From contig DXJF01000053.1 in assembly GCA_019057375.1 (NCBI GenBank), positions 1 to 64,000 on the forward strand: a stretch of 64,000 nt of DNA, given 5' to 3'. This stretch comes from Candidatus Heimdallarchaeota archaeon (GTDB lineage Archaea > Asgardarchaeota > Heimdallarchaeia > Heimdallarchaeales > Heimdallarchaeaceae). Below are positions 46,065 to 55,869 of the stretch, in pieces; within the stretch, counting starts at the first letter, position 1, and each line of letters opens with the position of its first letter. The notes beneath the pieces were generated by a model. The model worked only from the letters and a program-made list of their open reading frames with translations, did no database searches and had not been told where the DNA came from. Both the position numbers and the translations under genes were made by a program.

Positions 46065-46877
46065 TTGAAGAAAATGGATAGAATAGGCAACTATACAATT
46101 AAGCCATTCAAACGTAAATTACAAGCTGAAGTTACTGAATTCTCTCGAAATAGATATTATATGACTGGTTTAATGGAATTAGACGTAACTGAAGCTAGAA
46201 AAATATTTGCATGTTATAAAAATCAAAAAGGTGAAAACCTTTCATTTACCTCTTGGGTTGCTAAATGTGTTGGTATAGCTGTTAACGAAAATAGAGAAGT
46301 CCATTCTGCTAGGAAAGGTAAGAAGATTATTTTTTTCGAGGATGTAGATCTTTCAATTCCAATTGAAAAAATAATCGATGGTAAGGCTTTTCCATCCATA
46401 TTGGTTCTTAGAAAAGCTAATGAAAAGAGTGTTCAAGAGATACATAATGAGATAAGAGCAGCTCAATATCCAGATAAGGATGATATAACAACCAGTATGT
46501 CTAAGAAACAGATAAACATGCTCTTTTCATTACCACGAACTGTTCGCACTCTCATTTTCTGGAGACGATTACGTAGAAACCCCTTCTTCTTGAAAAAACT
46601 CAATGGAACAGTTCAGCTCAATCCTCTTGGCATGTTTGCAAAGGGAATCGCAGGATGGGCTATTAATCTCGGACACCATCCTCTAAGTGTTATTATTGGT
46701 GGAATATCAGAACAACCTCGTTTAATTAATGATAAGCTGGAAAACAGAGAATTTCTCAATATAGCTTTAAAAGTGGATCACATAATGACAGATGGAGCAC
46801 CTGCAACTAGGTTTGCTAGAAGACTAGCTGACCTTCTACAAACTGCAGGTTTTCTAGAAGGATTTTGTGAGGAATAA
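46065..46877 (+). CDS. stand-alone 2-oxoacid dehydrogenase E2-like acyltransferase catalytic domain (no lipoyl domain)
   Basis: ELDVTEAR, SFTSWVAKC, VDLS, DHIMTDGAPATRF (HxxxDG); TTG start. Confidence 0.85.
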   Translation: MKKMDRIGNYTIKPFKRKLQAEVTEFSRNRYYMTGLMELDVTEARKIFACYKNQKGENLSFTSWVAKCVGIAVNENREVHSARKGKKIIFFEDVDLSIPIEKIIDGKAFPSILVLRKANEKSVQEIHNEIRAAQYPDKDDITTSMSKKQINMLFSLPRTVRTLIFWRRLRRNPFFLKKLNGTVQLNPLGMFAKGIAGWAINLGHHPLSVIIGGISEQPRLINDKLENREFLNIALKVDHIMTDGAPATRFARRLADLLQTAGFLEGFCEE

Positions 46878-46966
46878 TTGATTAAATAATTTCTTCATTT
46901 AGATTTAGTTTATTCTTATTCTATTATTTCTATATTAAAAAATACTCCTTTTTGAAAATTCATTCT

Positions 46967-47200
46967 TTAAATCTCTTGAGTAGATTCCTCATTTTTTTTT
47001 CTTAATAGCTCTTATTGCTAACCAAGCTGGAACTAGAGCCAATACTGAAAATAATATAGAGAATTGCATTGCAACAGGATAACTGAAAACTCTTTCCTCA
47101 GCTAAGTTAGCTATGAACCAAGAACCTAGAGTCAGTTAACCTATTTGATAAACTCATAAACTAATAGTAAGAAAGACATATTTCTGTGTTTAAGAAAGCT
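46967..47200 (-). pseudogene. remnant of a membrane transporter C-terminus (MFS-like)
   Basis: hand translation YVFLTISL*VYQIG*LTLGSWFIANLAEERVFSYPVAMQFSILFSVLALVPAWLAIRAIKKKNEESTQEI*: two TM helices, basic tail, internal stops. Confidence 0.5.
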
Positions 47201-47431
47201 TCAACAAACCACTAAGAGGACTTGAATGAAAATGAAGTGTTAAGACTTGCTGAAAGAGAAAAAACTAATTTTAATCTCTTCTTTTAATCTGAACTGGATG
47301 TATCAAAAAATCACTTTATAAATTACTAAAGATCAAAATCAAACAAAAATATACCTCATCATTTCACAAGATTTGAACATAGTCTCTAAAGACAGTTTTG
47401 AATAGAAAAAAGAACGTAAGTTATGAGAATT

Positions 47432-48148
47432 CTATAGCTTACTACCACAAGATGTACAAAACTTAGCATCTAAGTCTTCATTAAATCCACAATTTGGGCA
47501 CACTTTTAGACCTTGTGAAGTTTGACTAAATACAGGAGGTGGTTGTTCTGCTGTTTGATAAGTTTGTTGTGGTTCGTATGTTCTTTGCGGTTGATATGTT
47601 TGATAAAGTTGCTGTTGATAGTATACTGGTTCAGTTTGCATTTGCTGTCTTCGTCTTCTTCTGAAAACAACTGCACCAATTATAATGGCGATAACACCTA
47701 GACCAATTAGACCATAAATCCAATCTCCAGGTTCTAGGTCAGAACCTCCAGATACATCATAACTTTGAATGGCAGAAATCGTATAGGAAACAGTTGATAA
47801 ACCGAAATTGATAATTACAAAATCATAACTTCCTGAACTTAATATTTCTGTAATTGTAGTAGATGTTATATTTGAGCTATATGCATGCCAAGATGGTTCA
47901 GGTCCACCATCATTCCATTCTTCAAAATCTCCACCCCCACATATTACTACATCTACAGTATCCGAAGAAGTAACAGTAACTCGAACAGTTGTTGAGGATT
48001 GAGATATTGTTCTGGTATATAAAACAAAATATCCTGAAGGCAATGTATCAGAATCAGTAAATAGATCAGTGGTAGTAGTTTCAGCATTTACGAGTATTGA
48101 ATATGAGAAACATAATATCAACACGAAGACTAGTGCTTTAACTTTCAT
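47432..48148 (-). CDS. single-pass membrane protein with extracellular beta domain, P/Q/Y-rich linker and C-terminal zinc ribbon
   Basis: signal peptide from MKVKALV (start revised to 48148), TM WIYGLIGLGVIAIIIGAVVF-RRRRR, CPNCG...FCTSCG. Confidence 0.85.
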   Translation of the reverse strand: MKVKALVFVLILCFSYSILVNAETTTTDLFTDSDTLPSGYFVLYTRTISQSSTTVRVTVTSSDTVDVVICGGGDFEEWNDGGPEPSWHAYSSNITSTTITEILSSGSYDFVIINFGLSTVSYTISAIQSYDVSGGSDLEPGDWIYGLIGLGVIAIIIGAVVFRRRRRQQMQTEPVYYQQQLYQTYQPQRTYEPQQTYQTAEQPPPVFSQTSQGLKVCPNCGFNEDLDAKFCTSCGSKL

Positions 48149-48400
48149 TCTATAACCCCTTTTTCTAGTTATACTTTGATTCATATTTAAAGTGGGTATA
48201 TTAAAAAGAAACGGTATTAAAAAATTACTCAAGAAAAATGCTTAAATTGATTAAATAACATTTTAAATATTTTCTAATTTTGAATCTTTTTTCCTGCTTA
48301 AACAATCTAATCAATTAATATTTCATGATTAGTTGTGTTTACTTCTTGAACGAAAATCTCATATAATTTTAGATAAAAATAAAAAAGAAAAAGAGGAAAT

Positions 48401-49768
48401 TTAGCTACTTACAGTGTGACCATCTATTGTCAAAGTAGAACTTTCTAATGGAAAGGGTAAATCAACAGGATCTGATCCGATATGCTGAATTTTCATCAAT
48501 GATTCAAAGAAATTTCCTGCGATACTTACTGGTTTAAGAGGATGAACAATCTCTCCTTTCTCAACCAAATATGCATTAGTTGCAGTTATAGAGAAATCTC
48601 CAGTAATCATATTTGAATGTCCCATACCCATTGGAAAACCTTCAATGAAAATAGCTTTATCATATGCTGCAATTTGCTCGTCTTTGTTTTTAGTGCCAGG
48701 TTGTAGAACAAGTTTGTTAGGTGATATGGCAGGCATATTTTCATAACGTGTTGGTTCATTTCTTTGAGCATTTCCAGTACTTTTAGTTCCGAAAATTGGT
48801 CCATAGAAATTGTCAAACAGAAAGCTCTTTAGAACACCATCTTTTACTATTTCAGTTTTACCTATAGTTGTTCCTTCAGCATCAATAGCTTCTGAAGAAA
48901 TCTTTGTTGGAATAGTACCATCATCATTCAATTGGAAATCTTTGGTTGCAATTTGTTCATTCAATTTATGCATCAAAGGATTTTGTTTTTCGACTACAGT
49001 TCCACCATTAAGTCCTACTTGAAAAGTTGTGCTCAATAACATTGAAGCTGTTAAGGGTTCCCAGATTGTAGGGAGTTTAAGAGATTTTCCGAGAGGTTTT
49101 GAACCTAAGTGTTTGAATGCTTTATTGATCGCATTCGAACCTAATCCACTTAAATCTTGTATAGTTCTGCCAACTTTGAAGTCAAAAGCTGTTGAACGTT
49201 CTCCTTGACCCATAGCAACAGAGTACACTGTTCCATAATGAGCAGTATTAAGAGAGGAGACAAGACAGCCTTCAGTTGTTGCTACAGCAAAACCACCCCA
49301 TTGAGTGCCCACTTCGATATCTGCGCCAACTAATCTTTGATCATCAATATCTGCTTCTTTAACTAAACTAGCTAAATGTCCAACAAGAGTTTCAGTGTCA
49401 AGTTCAGTAATATTTGTATCTAGAATTCCTTCTTTTCCAGGTTTACTATCAGAAATAAAACCAGAAAATCGTGGATCTTCAGGACGGTTTTTTGCAATCT
49501 TATGTGCATTAGCCAAAGTCGATTTAATGGAATCATGTGCAAACCCTGCACAAGTAGCAAAGCCAACTTTTTTACCTTCGGCAACACGGATGCCAATTCC
49601 TTGAAGCATACCATCTCGGCATTCAGTTTTTCCTTTAGAATACTTCACTTCAGTTAGAGAATTCTTGATGATGTAAGCTTCAGCAGTTTGAATACTCATA
49701 TCTTTTGCATACTTTAGAGCTAAATCAGCTACTTCCAGTATTTCAGAACGTAATTTTTCTAGTACCAT
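48401..49768 (-). CDS. pmbA: PmbA/TldE family protein, copy 1
   Basis: GIGIRV, DDGT...DAEG, LFDNFYG, STGNA, GDFS; no HExxxH. Confidence 0.9.
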   Translation of the reverse strand: MVLEKLRSEILEVADLALKYAKDMSIQTAEAYIIKNSLTEVKYSKGKTECRDGMLQGIGIRVAEGKKVGFATCAGFAHDSIKSTLANAHKIAKNRPEDPRFSGFISDSKPGKEGILDTNITELDTETLVGHLASLVKEADIDDQRLVGADIEVGTQWGGFAVATTEGCLVSSLNTAHYGTVYSVAMGQGERSTAFDFKVGRTIQDLSGLGSNAINKAFKHLGSKPLGKSLKLPTIWEPLTASMLLSTTFQVGLNGGTVVEKQNPLMHKLNEQIATKDFQLNDDGTIPTKISSEAIDAEGTTIGKTEIVKDGVLKSFLFDNFYGPIFGTKSTGNAQRNEPTRYENMPAISPNKLVLQPGTKNKDEQIAAYDKAIFIEGFPMGMGHSNMITGDFSITATNAYLVEKGEIVHPLKPVSIAGNFFESLMKIQHIGSDPVDLPFPLESSTLTIDGHTVSS

Positions 49769-49769
49769 T

Positions 49770-51185
49770 TTATTCGCCTCCGACTAGTACTTCATCGACA
49801 ACGATGCTAGGTCCACCGAGTCCAACTGGTAATGGATATTGGCCACCTTTTCCACATCCACCAAAGTAAGATGTAAAGAGATCCATTTCTTTTCCTACAC
49901 CACTAATTTGGCTGATGAAATCCAAAATTTGACCTGATAGTGCTGCATCTTTTATAGGTGTTGTAATTTCGTTATTTTCTATTAAATAACCTCTGCTACA
50001 TTTGAATAAGAATGCTCCATCTAAGCCAGCTTGACCGCCAGATGTACCAACTGCATAGATACCGTCACCAACCATTTCAACTGATTCTTCTATACTAAGA
50101 TTTCCTGGTTTGAAGTATGTATTTTTCATCCTTGGGATACTTGGGTACATGAATGTAATTGCCCTACTATTACCTGTAGTTTCAGTGTTCATCTTGTTTG
50201 CTGTACTTCTATCGTGAAGATATCCAACTAGCATTCCTTTGTCCATCAAAACAGTCTTTCCTGTTTTAGTTCCTTGATCATCATACGGTAAGAAGAATCC
50301 TCCATATTCAGAGATACCTTCATCAATAATGGTCGCATGTTCGCTTCCTAACTGTTCTCCAACTCTATCTGATATGGGAGACATGCCTGTTATAACAAAG
50401 TCTGATTCTGATAAGTGACCAAAACTTTCATGAGCTAGAACTCCTGCCATTCGTGGTCCAACAAGGGCTTTTTGTTTTCCACCTGGTGCTGCTACTGCTT
50501 TTGTTTGCTCATTGCAGTATTTTCCAGCATTTGTACCAATAGTTTCTGGATCTTTTCCTTTTAGTTTGAAATATTCCATCCCTTGTGATTGTCCTACTCC
50601 ATCAGATCCTCTTGCCTGAGTTGTTTCAGTCATTGCTATTGCTACAATTCGCATATCAAACAAAAGTGGTGTCCAGTAGATTTCAGATTGTTCTGAGTTT
50701 ACAAACAGTTTATTTCCCCAAAGTTCTCCCCATAATCCAATCGTAGATTGGGCATCAACTTGTTCTTTTGCACAAGCTACTCCTCGTTTTAACATATCTA
50801 GTTTTTCTTCAAATTCAACATCCATTGGATGTATTTTTACCTTATGTTCAATAGAATCCTTAATGATAGGTCTATCTGAATATTTATGTTTGAATGTTAA
50901 AAGGGATTCAGTAGATTTAGCTATTCCTAAAGCTCTTTTTGTTGTTTCTTTTAAAGCATCAGTTTCTAGTATTGGTGTAAAGGAATAACCAGGTGACCCA
51001 TTAATGCAGGTCATAATTCCTATTCCTCTACGTTGTTTTGTGGAAGATTCTTTGACTTGTTCATTTGTATAATTAATAGTTGTCAAAGTCAAATCATCAT
51101 ACCTTGCTTCAACAAAATCAGCTCCAAGTTTATGACCATGATCTACTGCTTTATGTAAAAGATCTAAGACATAATCTTTCTCCAA
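49770..51185 (-). CDS. tldD: TldD family metalloprotease, copy 1
   Basis: LAHESFGH zinc motif, YDDQG, TGNSRA, PRMKNTYF, GCGKGGQ; TTG start with GGTGA RBS. Confidence 0.92.
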   Translation of the reverse strand: MEKDYVLDLLHKAVDHGHKLGADFVEARYDDLTLTTINYTNEQVKESSTKQRRGIGIMTCINGSPGYSFTPILETDALKETTKRALGIAKSTESLLTFKHKYSDRPIIKDSIEHKVKIHPMDVEFEEKLDMLKRGVACAKEQVDAQSTIGLWGELWGNKLFVNSEQSEIYWTPLLFDMRIVAIAMTETTQARGSDGVGQSQGMEYFKLKGKDPETIGTNAGKYCNEQTKAVAAPGGKQKALVGPRMAGVLAHESFGHLSESDFVITGMSPISDRVGEQLGSEHATIIDEGISEYGGFFLPYDDQGTKTGKTVLMDKGMLVGYLHDRSTANKMNTETTGNSRAITFMYPSIPRMKNTYFKPGNLSIEESVEMVGDGIYAVGTSGGQAGLDGAFLFKCSRGYLIENNEITTPIKDAALSGQILDFISQISGVGKEMDLFTSYFGGCGKGGQYPLPVGLGGPSIVVDEVLVGGE

Positions 51186-51243
51186 TTTTATTCACCTTTT
51201 TGGTTTAAATATTTTTTGAATTGTTGAAAAATTACTAGAGGAA

Positions 51244-51273
51244 TTTATAAAAGTATGCAAAACCAGTTGGTTT
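51244..51273 (-). promoter_or_regulatory. TATA-like box and upstream palindrome for tldD copy 1
   Basis: minus-strand TTTTATAAA at 51244-51252; AAACCA-GT-TGGTTT at 51260-51273. Confidence 0.45.
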
Positions 51274-51330
51274 CAAACTTAAACCAATAATAGTTAAAAT
51301 AATTTAAAAAAAAGAAAAGAAATTTTTTTT

Positions 51331-52707
51331 CTAATCTGAAATTGTGTGTTTGTTATATGTTATTGCAGGAGCATCTATTGGCCAACCTGATACTTCTCTA
51401 TCAGAACCAATAGTTCTAATGTCATTGAGTGTTTCAAAGTAATTTCCAGCTATACTTATGTTCTTCAACGGATGAACAACTTCTCCTTTCTCAATTAAGA
51501 AAGCATCATTGGTAGTGATGCCGAAATCACCTGTTATCTGATTTGAGGTAAACAAGCCTATTGGAGTACCTGTTAGTAGAATTCCTTTGTTAATTTCACT
51601 GATTTGCTGATCTAAATTTTTTCCAACTTCTTTAATCAATAATTTGTTAGGTTCAACATTTGGAACATTTTCATATGGAATTCCACCAAAGAAACCCCCT
51701 CTAGAAGCATTCCCAGTTGTTGCTTTATCTGCTGCTTCTCCAAACATTTTATCGAAAAGGAAAGTTTTCAGAATACCATTGTCAATAACAGTTGTAGTTT
51801 GTTTAGGAGAACCTTCTGTATCGATTGCTCTTCCAGCTTCAGATTCTGGATTTTGTCCATCATCTATTAATGTCAATTCTTTAACAGCTACTTGTTGGTC
51901 TAGTTTATCTCCCCATGGATTGCTTTTTTCAACATAGGATGATCCAGATACACAATTGATGAATGAGAAAGCTAAAAATGCTGCAGATTCACGTGGTTCC
52001 CAAACTGTTGGTAAAACCTCTGAACCTCCAAAAGCCTTAGAACCAAGAGAGTTTAATGCTTTTTTCAATCCATTTGAACTGATACCTTCAACTGGTTTTA
52101 TTTCTCTTCCTTGAACAAAATCCCCAGCAGTTTTTCTATCACCTGCTTCTGTTACCACCGAGAAACTGTTTGCTGCATAAGTTGTGACCAGAGATGAAGC
52201 TAAGCATCCTTCTGTAGTTGCTACTGCATATCCTCCATATGAGAAGTTTACTCCATAGCTAATAGATACAAGTCGTCTATCACTCAAATCAATTTCTTGA
52301 CTCATTAAATTACAAGTTTCAATCATTGAGTCTGAATCAAGTTGAAGTATCTCAGGATCAAGGATACCTTCTTTAGCTACATTTGTACCAGCTACAAATC
52401 CATTAAACATAGGATTCTTAGGACTGACATTAGCAATACTATGTGCATGTTTAAGAGTTGATTTTATAGTTTCTTTTTCGAAACCTGTACAACTAGCAAA
52501 ACCAACTTGTTTCCCTATTGCAACTCTAAGCCCTATACCTTGAATCAGTCCATCTCTACTGTCTATCTTGCCTTTATTATCTGTTAAATTGGTGTTTGAG
52601 AGATTATAGACATAAGCTTCTGCTGCTGGGATATTTAGATCCCTAGCATATTTAATTGTTTGATCAGCTATGTGAAGTATCTTATCTCTAATTTCATTTA
52701 AAGTCAT
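51331..52707 (-). CDS. pmbA: PmbA/TldE family protein, copy 2
   Basis: GIGLRV, DDGQ...DTEG, TTGNASRG, GDFG; no HExxxH. Confidence 0.9.
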   Translation of the reverse strand: MTLNEIRDKILHIADQTIKYARDLNIPAAEAYVYNLSNTNLTDNKGKIDSRDGLIQGIGLRVAIGKQVGFASCTGFEKETIKSTLKHAHSIANVSPKNPMFNGFVAGTNVAKEGILDPEILQLDSDSMIETCNLMSQEIDLSDRRLVSISYGVNFSYGGYAVATTEGCLASSLVTTYAANSFSVVTEAGDRKTAGDFVQGREIKPVEGISSNGLKKALNSLGSKAFGGSEVLPTVWEPRESAAFLAFSFINCVSGSSYVEKSNPWGDKLDQQVAVKELTLIDDGQNPESEAGRAIDTEGSPKQTTTVIDNGILKTFLFDKMFGEAADKATTGNASRGGFFGGIPYENVPNVEPNKLLIKEVGKNLDQQISEINKGILLTGTPIGLFTSNQITGDFGITTNDAFLIEKGEVVHPLKNISIAGNYFETLNDIRTIGSDREVSGWPIDAPAITYNKHTISD

Positions 52708-54125
52708 TATTGGGCACCTCCAACGAGAACTTTATCCATAATCATGTCAGGACCACCGAATCCAACTGGAAGACCACCTTGGCCTCCCTTGCCACATCCT
52801 CCGAAATACCCTGTTTTAATGGTAACCTCTTTAGTTCCACCTTCAACATATTTCAGAAGCTCTAGAATATTTCCAGAAAGAGCTGTGTTCTTAATTGGTT
52901 TAGTTACTTCTCCATTTTCGATCAGATATCCTCTACTGCAATTGAACATGAAATTACCATCAAGCCCAACTTGACCACCTGACATATCAACTGCATAAAC
53001 GCCTGTATTTACATGTTCGACAGCTTCTTCGAAAGTTAAATCTCCTTTCTCAAAATAGGTGTTCTTCATCCTAACTATTGGATTAAACATGAAATTGATT
53101 GCTCTACTATTACCAGTTAACTCTGAATTCATTTTCTTAGCTGTTCCTCTGTTGTGCAAGTATCCTTTAAGTATACCTTTCTCAAGAAGTACTGTTCTTC
53201 CAGTTTTTATTCCTTGGTCGTCATAAGGCAGATACAGTCCTCCATAAGGAGAAACTCCTTCATCAATTATGGTAACATGTTCACTACCTAGTTCTTCACC
53301 AACTCTATCTGCAATTGGGGATTGACCTGTAACAACAAAATCTGCTTCTGATAAATGACCAAAACTTTCGTGCACTACCACTCCACCCATTTGAGGTGAA
53401 ACTAAAGTCTTTGTTTTTCCAGAAGGTGCAGCTACTGCTTCTAATTGTTCCTTGCAATATGTTCCTGCATTAGTTCCCGTTATTTCAGGAGTTGTTTCTT
53501 TTTCTTCGAAGAATTCCAAACCTGTTGAAGCTCCCCATCCTGTGAAACCCTGGGATTGTTTTCCTTCACTTATTACAACTCCACCCATCCTGATATCAAC
53601 CATCAGAGGAACCCAATAAAGCTCAGTTCCTTCAGAATTAACTAGATATTTCTCTCCATAGATTTCTCCGTACAAACCTATGGTTGTAGTAACTTCAAGT
53701 TGTTCTTTGACTGCTGTTACTCCACGTTTAAGCATATCGAGCTTATCTGCAAACTCAAAATCTTTGGGGTGTTTTTTTACCTTTACTTCAATCTTTTCCT
53801 TGATAGTAGGTATTGAATCAAAGTCTAATTTGATTTTGTTTCGACTATCAGTAGATTTAGCAAGTTTCGCTGCTCTAATAGTTGCTTCTTTTACACCTTC
53901 TAAAGTTAACTCTGGTGTGTAAGAATAACCAGGCGTTCCTTGATAGTATGCCATTATACCTATGCCTTTTCTGCTGAGAGATGATGATTGCTTAATAATT
54001 TCATTTGTGTAGTTGATAGTTGTTAAATTAAGATCATCGTATCTAGCTTCAATAAAGTTGACTCCTAGATTTTCTCCCTTCTCAACAGCTTTATGCAATA
54101 GGTCTAGAATATTTCCATTTTCCAT
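52707..54125 (-). CDS. tldD: TldD family metalloprotease, copy 2
   Basis: VVHESFGH, YDDQG, TGNSRA, VRMKNTYF, GCGKGGQ; 1-nt overlap with pmbA. Confidence 0.92.
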   Translation of the reverse strand: MENGNILDLLHKAVEKGENLGVNFIEARYDDLNLTTINYTNEIIKQSSSLSRKGIGIMAYYQGTPGYSYTPELTLEGVKEATIRAAKLAKSTDSRNKIKLDFDSIPTIKEKIEVKVKKHPKDFEFADKLDMLKRGVTAVKEQLEVTTTIGLYGEIYGEKYLVNSEGTELYWVPLMVDIRMGGVVISEGKQSQGFTGWGASTGLEFFEEKETTPEITGTNAGTYCKEQLEAVAAPSGKTKTLVSPQMGGVVVHESFGHLSEADFVVTGQSPIADRVGEELGSEHVTIIDEGVSPYGGLYLPYDDQGIKTGRTVLLEKGILKGYLHNRGTAKKMNSELTGNSRAINFMFNPIVRMKNTYFEKGDLTFEEAVEHVNTGVYAVDMSGGQVGLDGNFMFNCSRGYLIENGEVTKPIKNTALSGNILELLKYVEGGTKEVTIKTGYFGGCGKGGQGGLPVGFGGPDMIMDKVLVGGAQ

Positions 54126-54263
54126 TTAATTACCCCTGTTGTAAAATGTGTATTTCAAACGGATGTGGATTTGGATATTTATAAATAATTTCTATCAGTT
54201 GCAGAAGGAGTTAACAAATTCCTTCTAATTCCTTAAACTGAAACAAATTCAGTAGTAGGTCGG

Positions 54264-54281
54264 TGTGCATACTTTTGCACA
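54264..54281. promoter_or_regulatory. inverted repeat, operator candidate
   Basis: TGTGCA-N6-TGCACA in the divergent intergenic region. Confidence 0.4.
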
Positions 54282-54450
54282 TACTTGATTTTAAGAAACT
54301 GGTTGATAAAACGCTTAGAAGCTGGTTTTTACAGTTTTAGTTTCTTTTCATTATTGATTTTTAATCACTCTTTTCTATAACTATTCTTTTGTTCTTATCA
54401 AAATCGCCTAAGAGAAATTTACTTATATTGCTCTTATTTGAATTATTTAG

Positions 54451-55857
54451 ATGTTTAACCTAAAGATATCACTTGTAACTTCGACTGGATTACTATTAGC
54501 TTCAAAACCAGAGGACGTAGACTACACCAAGCAAATCTTAGCAACAGGTCTAATCACTGCTTTAATCTCATTCTCAAAAGAAGTACACCACAGAGAATTG
54601 CAATCAATATCTTATCATGATAGAACTGTTTCTTTCATAAGAGTTCATGATTTTGTTTTAATTCTTGAAACAATTGATGAAGAATCCACATTAACTGAAG
54701 ATATTTTAAGACAGTTGCTTGAGAAATTAAAAACATGTACTAGTCCATTATTAGAGGTAGCAGACCCAGATACTATCACAGAAGGAGAAGCATCAATAAT
54801 CTTAGATAGGTGTTTGAAAGATATTCAATTGTTAGATATCTCAATTTCAGAACGACCTTTGAAATCAGCAGAAATTGCACATTTCACTCTAGTTCATTCT
54901 GACAAAGGTTGGAAGATAAGGGATCAAGTTGGTTCAGGATCACATATTTCTATGATAGCTTTGATGTTAGATACTCTTAAAGCTAACGAGAAATTTCAAG
55001 GAAATATAACAGGAATTCTAACTTTTATAGAAAATGAAAAAAGTTTAACCTACACCATTATTGATACCGATGGTGAAAAATCTAGAGTTGGAATTCTAAA
55101 ATTTCCTCAAAGTCTGAATCTAGTTCTTTTTAGATTATTTAATGTTATGAACAATCATCTTACTTCACTGAATGACAAAAAGGAAAAATTCAGTATGGAA
55201 GAGATTCTTCACAAAATTATGGAAACTGAAGATCCTGGAAATAGATTATCAAAAATCGATATGGAAGATCTTTCCCCAACTTTCTTAGATAGAACTGTAA
55301 GTCGTAATCTTGACAAAGCAATTTACTCAGCTATTATTGGGGAACCTGTTTATGTAATTGGAGATAAACCTACTGTGAAGCTAGTGATTGATTCAATGTC
55401 TCTATTTACTCAACATTTACAGACTTTTGTCAGCCATTGGACTGCAGAAGAGGATATAACAAAAATTGGTAAATGCGACCTACAAGTAAGATTTTGGGGT
55501 ATGTCATCATTAGTCTACAAAAAATTTGTTGAGAAGGAGCTAATCTCTGAAAAAGATACCAATATCAATCTAGAGACAACTAAGGTTACAGGAGAAAAGT
55601 CAAGTAATCATTTCAAAAAATTATTTGATACAATTAAGAAACTGTCTATTACCGAAGTAGTTACTAAAATAGTTTATGATTTGGAAAAATTAGTTGATTT
55701 ATCATTGGATTTAACAGCTTTAGCATTGCTAGATAAAGAAAAAGCTAAAGCTAGATTAAAAGATATTTCTTCATCAAAGAGGTATGCTTCAAGCTTCTTC
55801 AAAAAATCGCTAGAGTTAGCAGTACAAAGGAATCCTCTACTAGATTTCTTAACTTAA
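54451..55857 (+). CDS. longin plus DENN-like protein, paralogue A
   Basis: N-terminal longin pattern ISLVTSTGLLL...GLITALISFSKEV...LQSI; C-terminal LDKAIYSAIIGEPVYVIG...VIDSMSLF. Confidence 0.7.
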   Translation: MFNLKISLVTSTGLLLASKPEDVDYTKQILATGLITALISFSKEVHHRELQSISYHDRTVSFIRVHDFVLILETIDEESTLTEDILRQLLEKLKTCTSPLLEVADPDTITEGEASIILDRCLKDIQLLDISISERPLKSAEIAHFTLVHSDKGWKIRDQVGSGSHISMIALMLDTLKANEKFQGNITGILTFIENEKSLTYTIIDTDGEKSRVGILKFPQSLNLVLFRLFNVMNNHLTSLNDKKEKFSMEEILHKIMETEDPGNRLSKIDMEDLSPTFLDRTVSRNLDKAIYSAIIGEPVYVIGDKPTVKLVIDSMSLFTQHLQTFVSHWTAEEDITKIGKCDLQVRFWGMSSLVYKKFVEKELISEKDTNINLETTKVTGEKSSNHFKKLFDTIKKLSITEVVTKIVYDLEKLVDLSLDLTALALLDKEKAKARLKDISSSKRYASSFFKKSLELAVQRNPLLDFLT

Positions 55858-55869
55858 AGTCATTTTTAT

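Noticed and set aside
48149-48232. ORF-track N-terminal extension of the zinc-ribbon membrane protein
   Set aside because: The signal peptide begins at MKVKALV; the upstream stretch looks like promoter sequence
48607-53922. Alternate-frame and antisense ORFs within the tldD/pmbA genes
   Set aside because: Shadow ORFs of strongly supported genes
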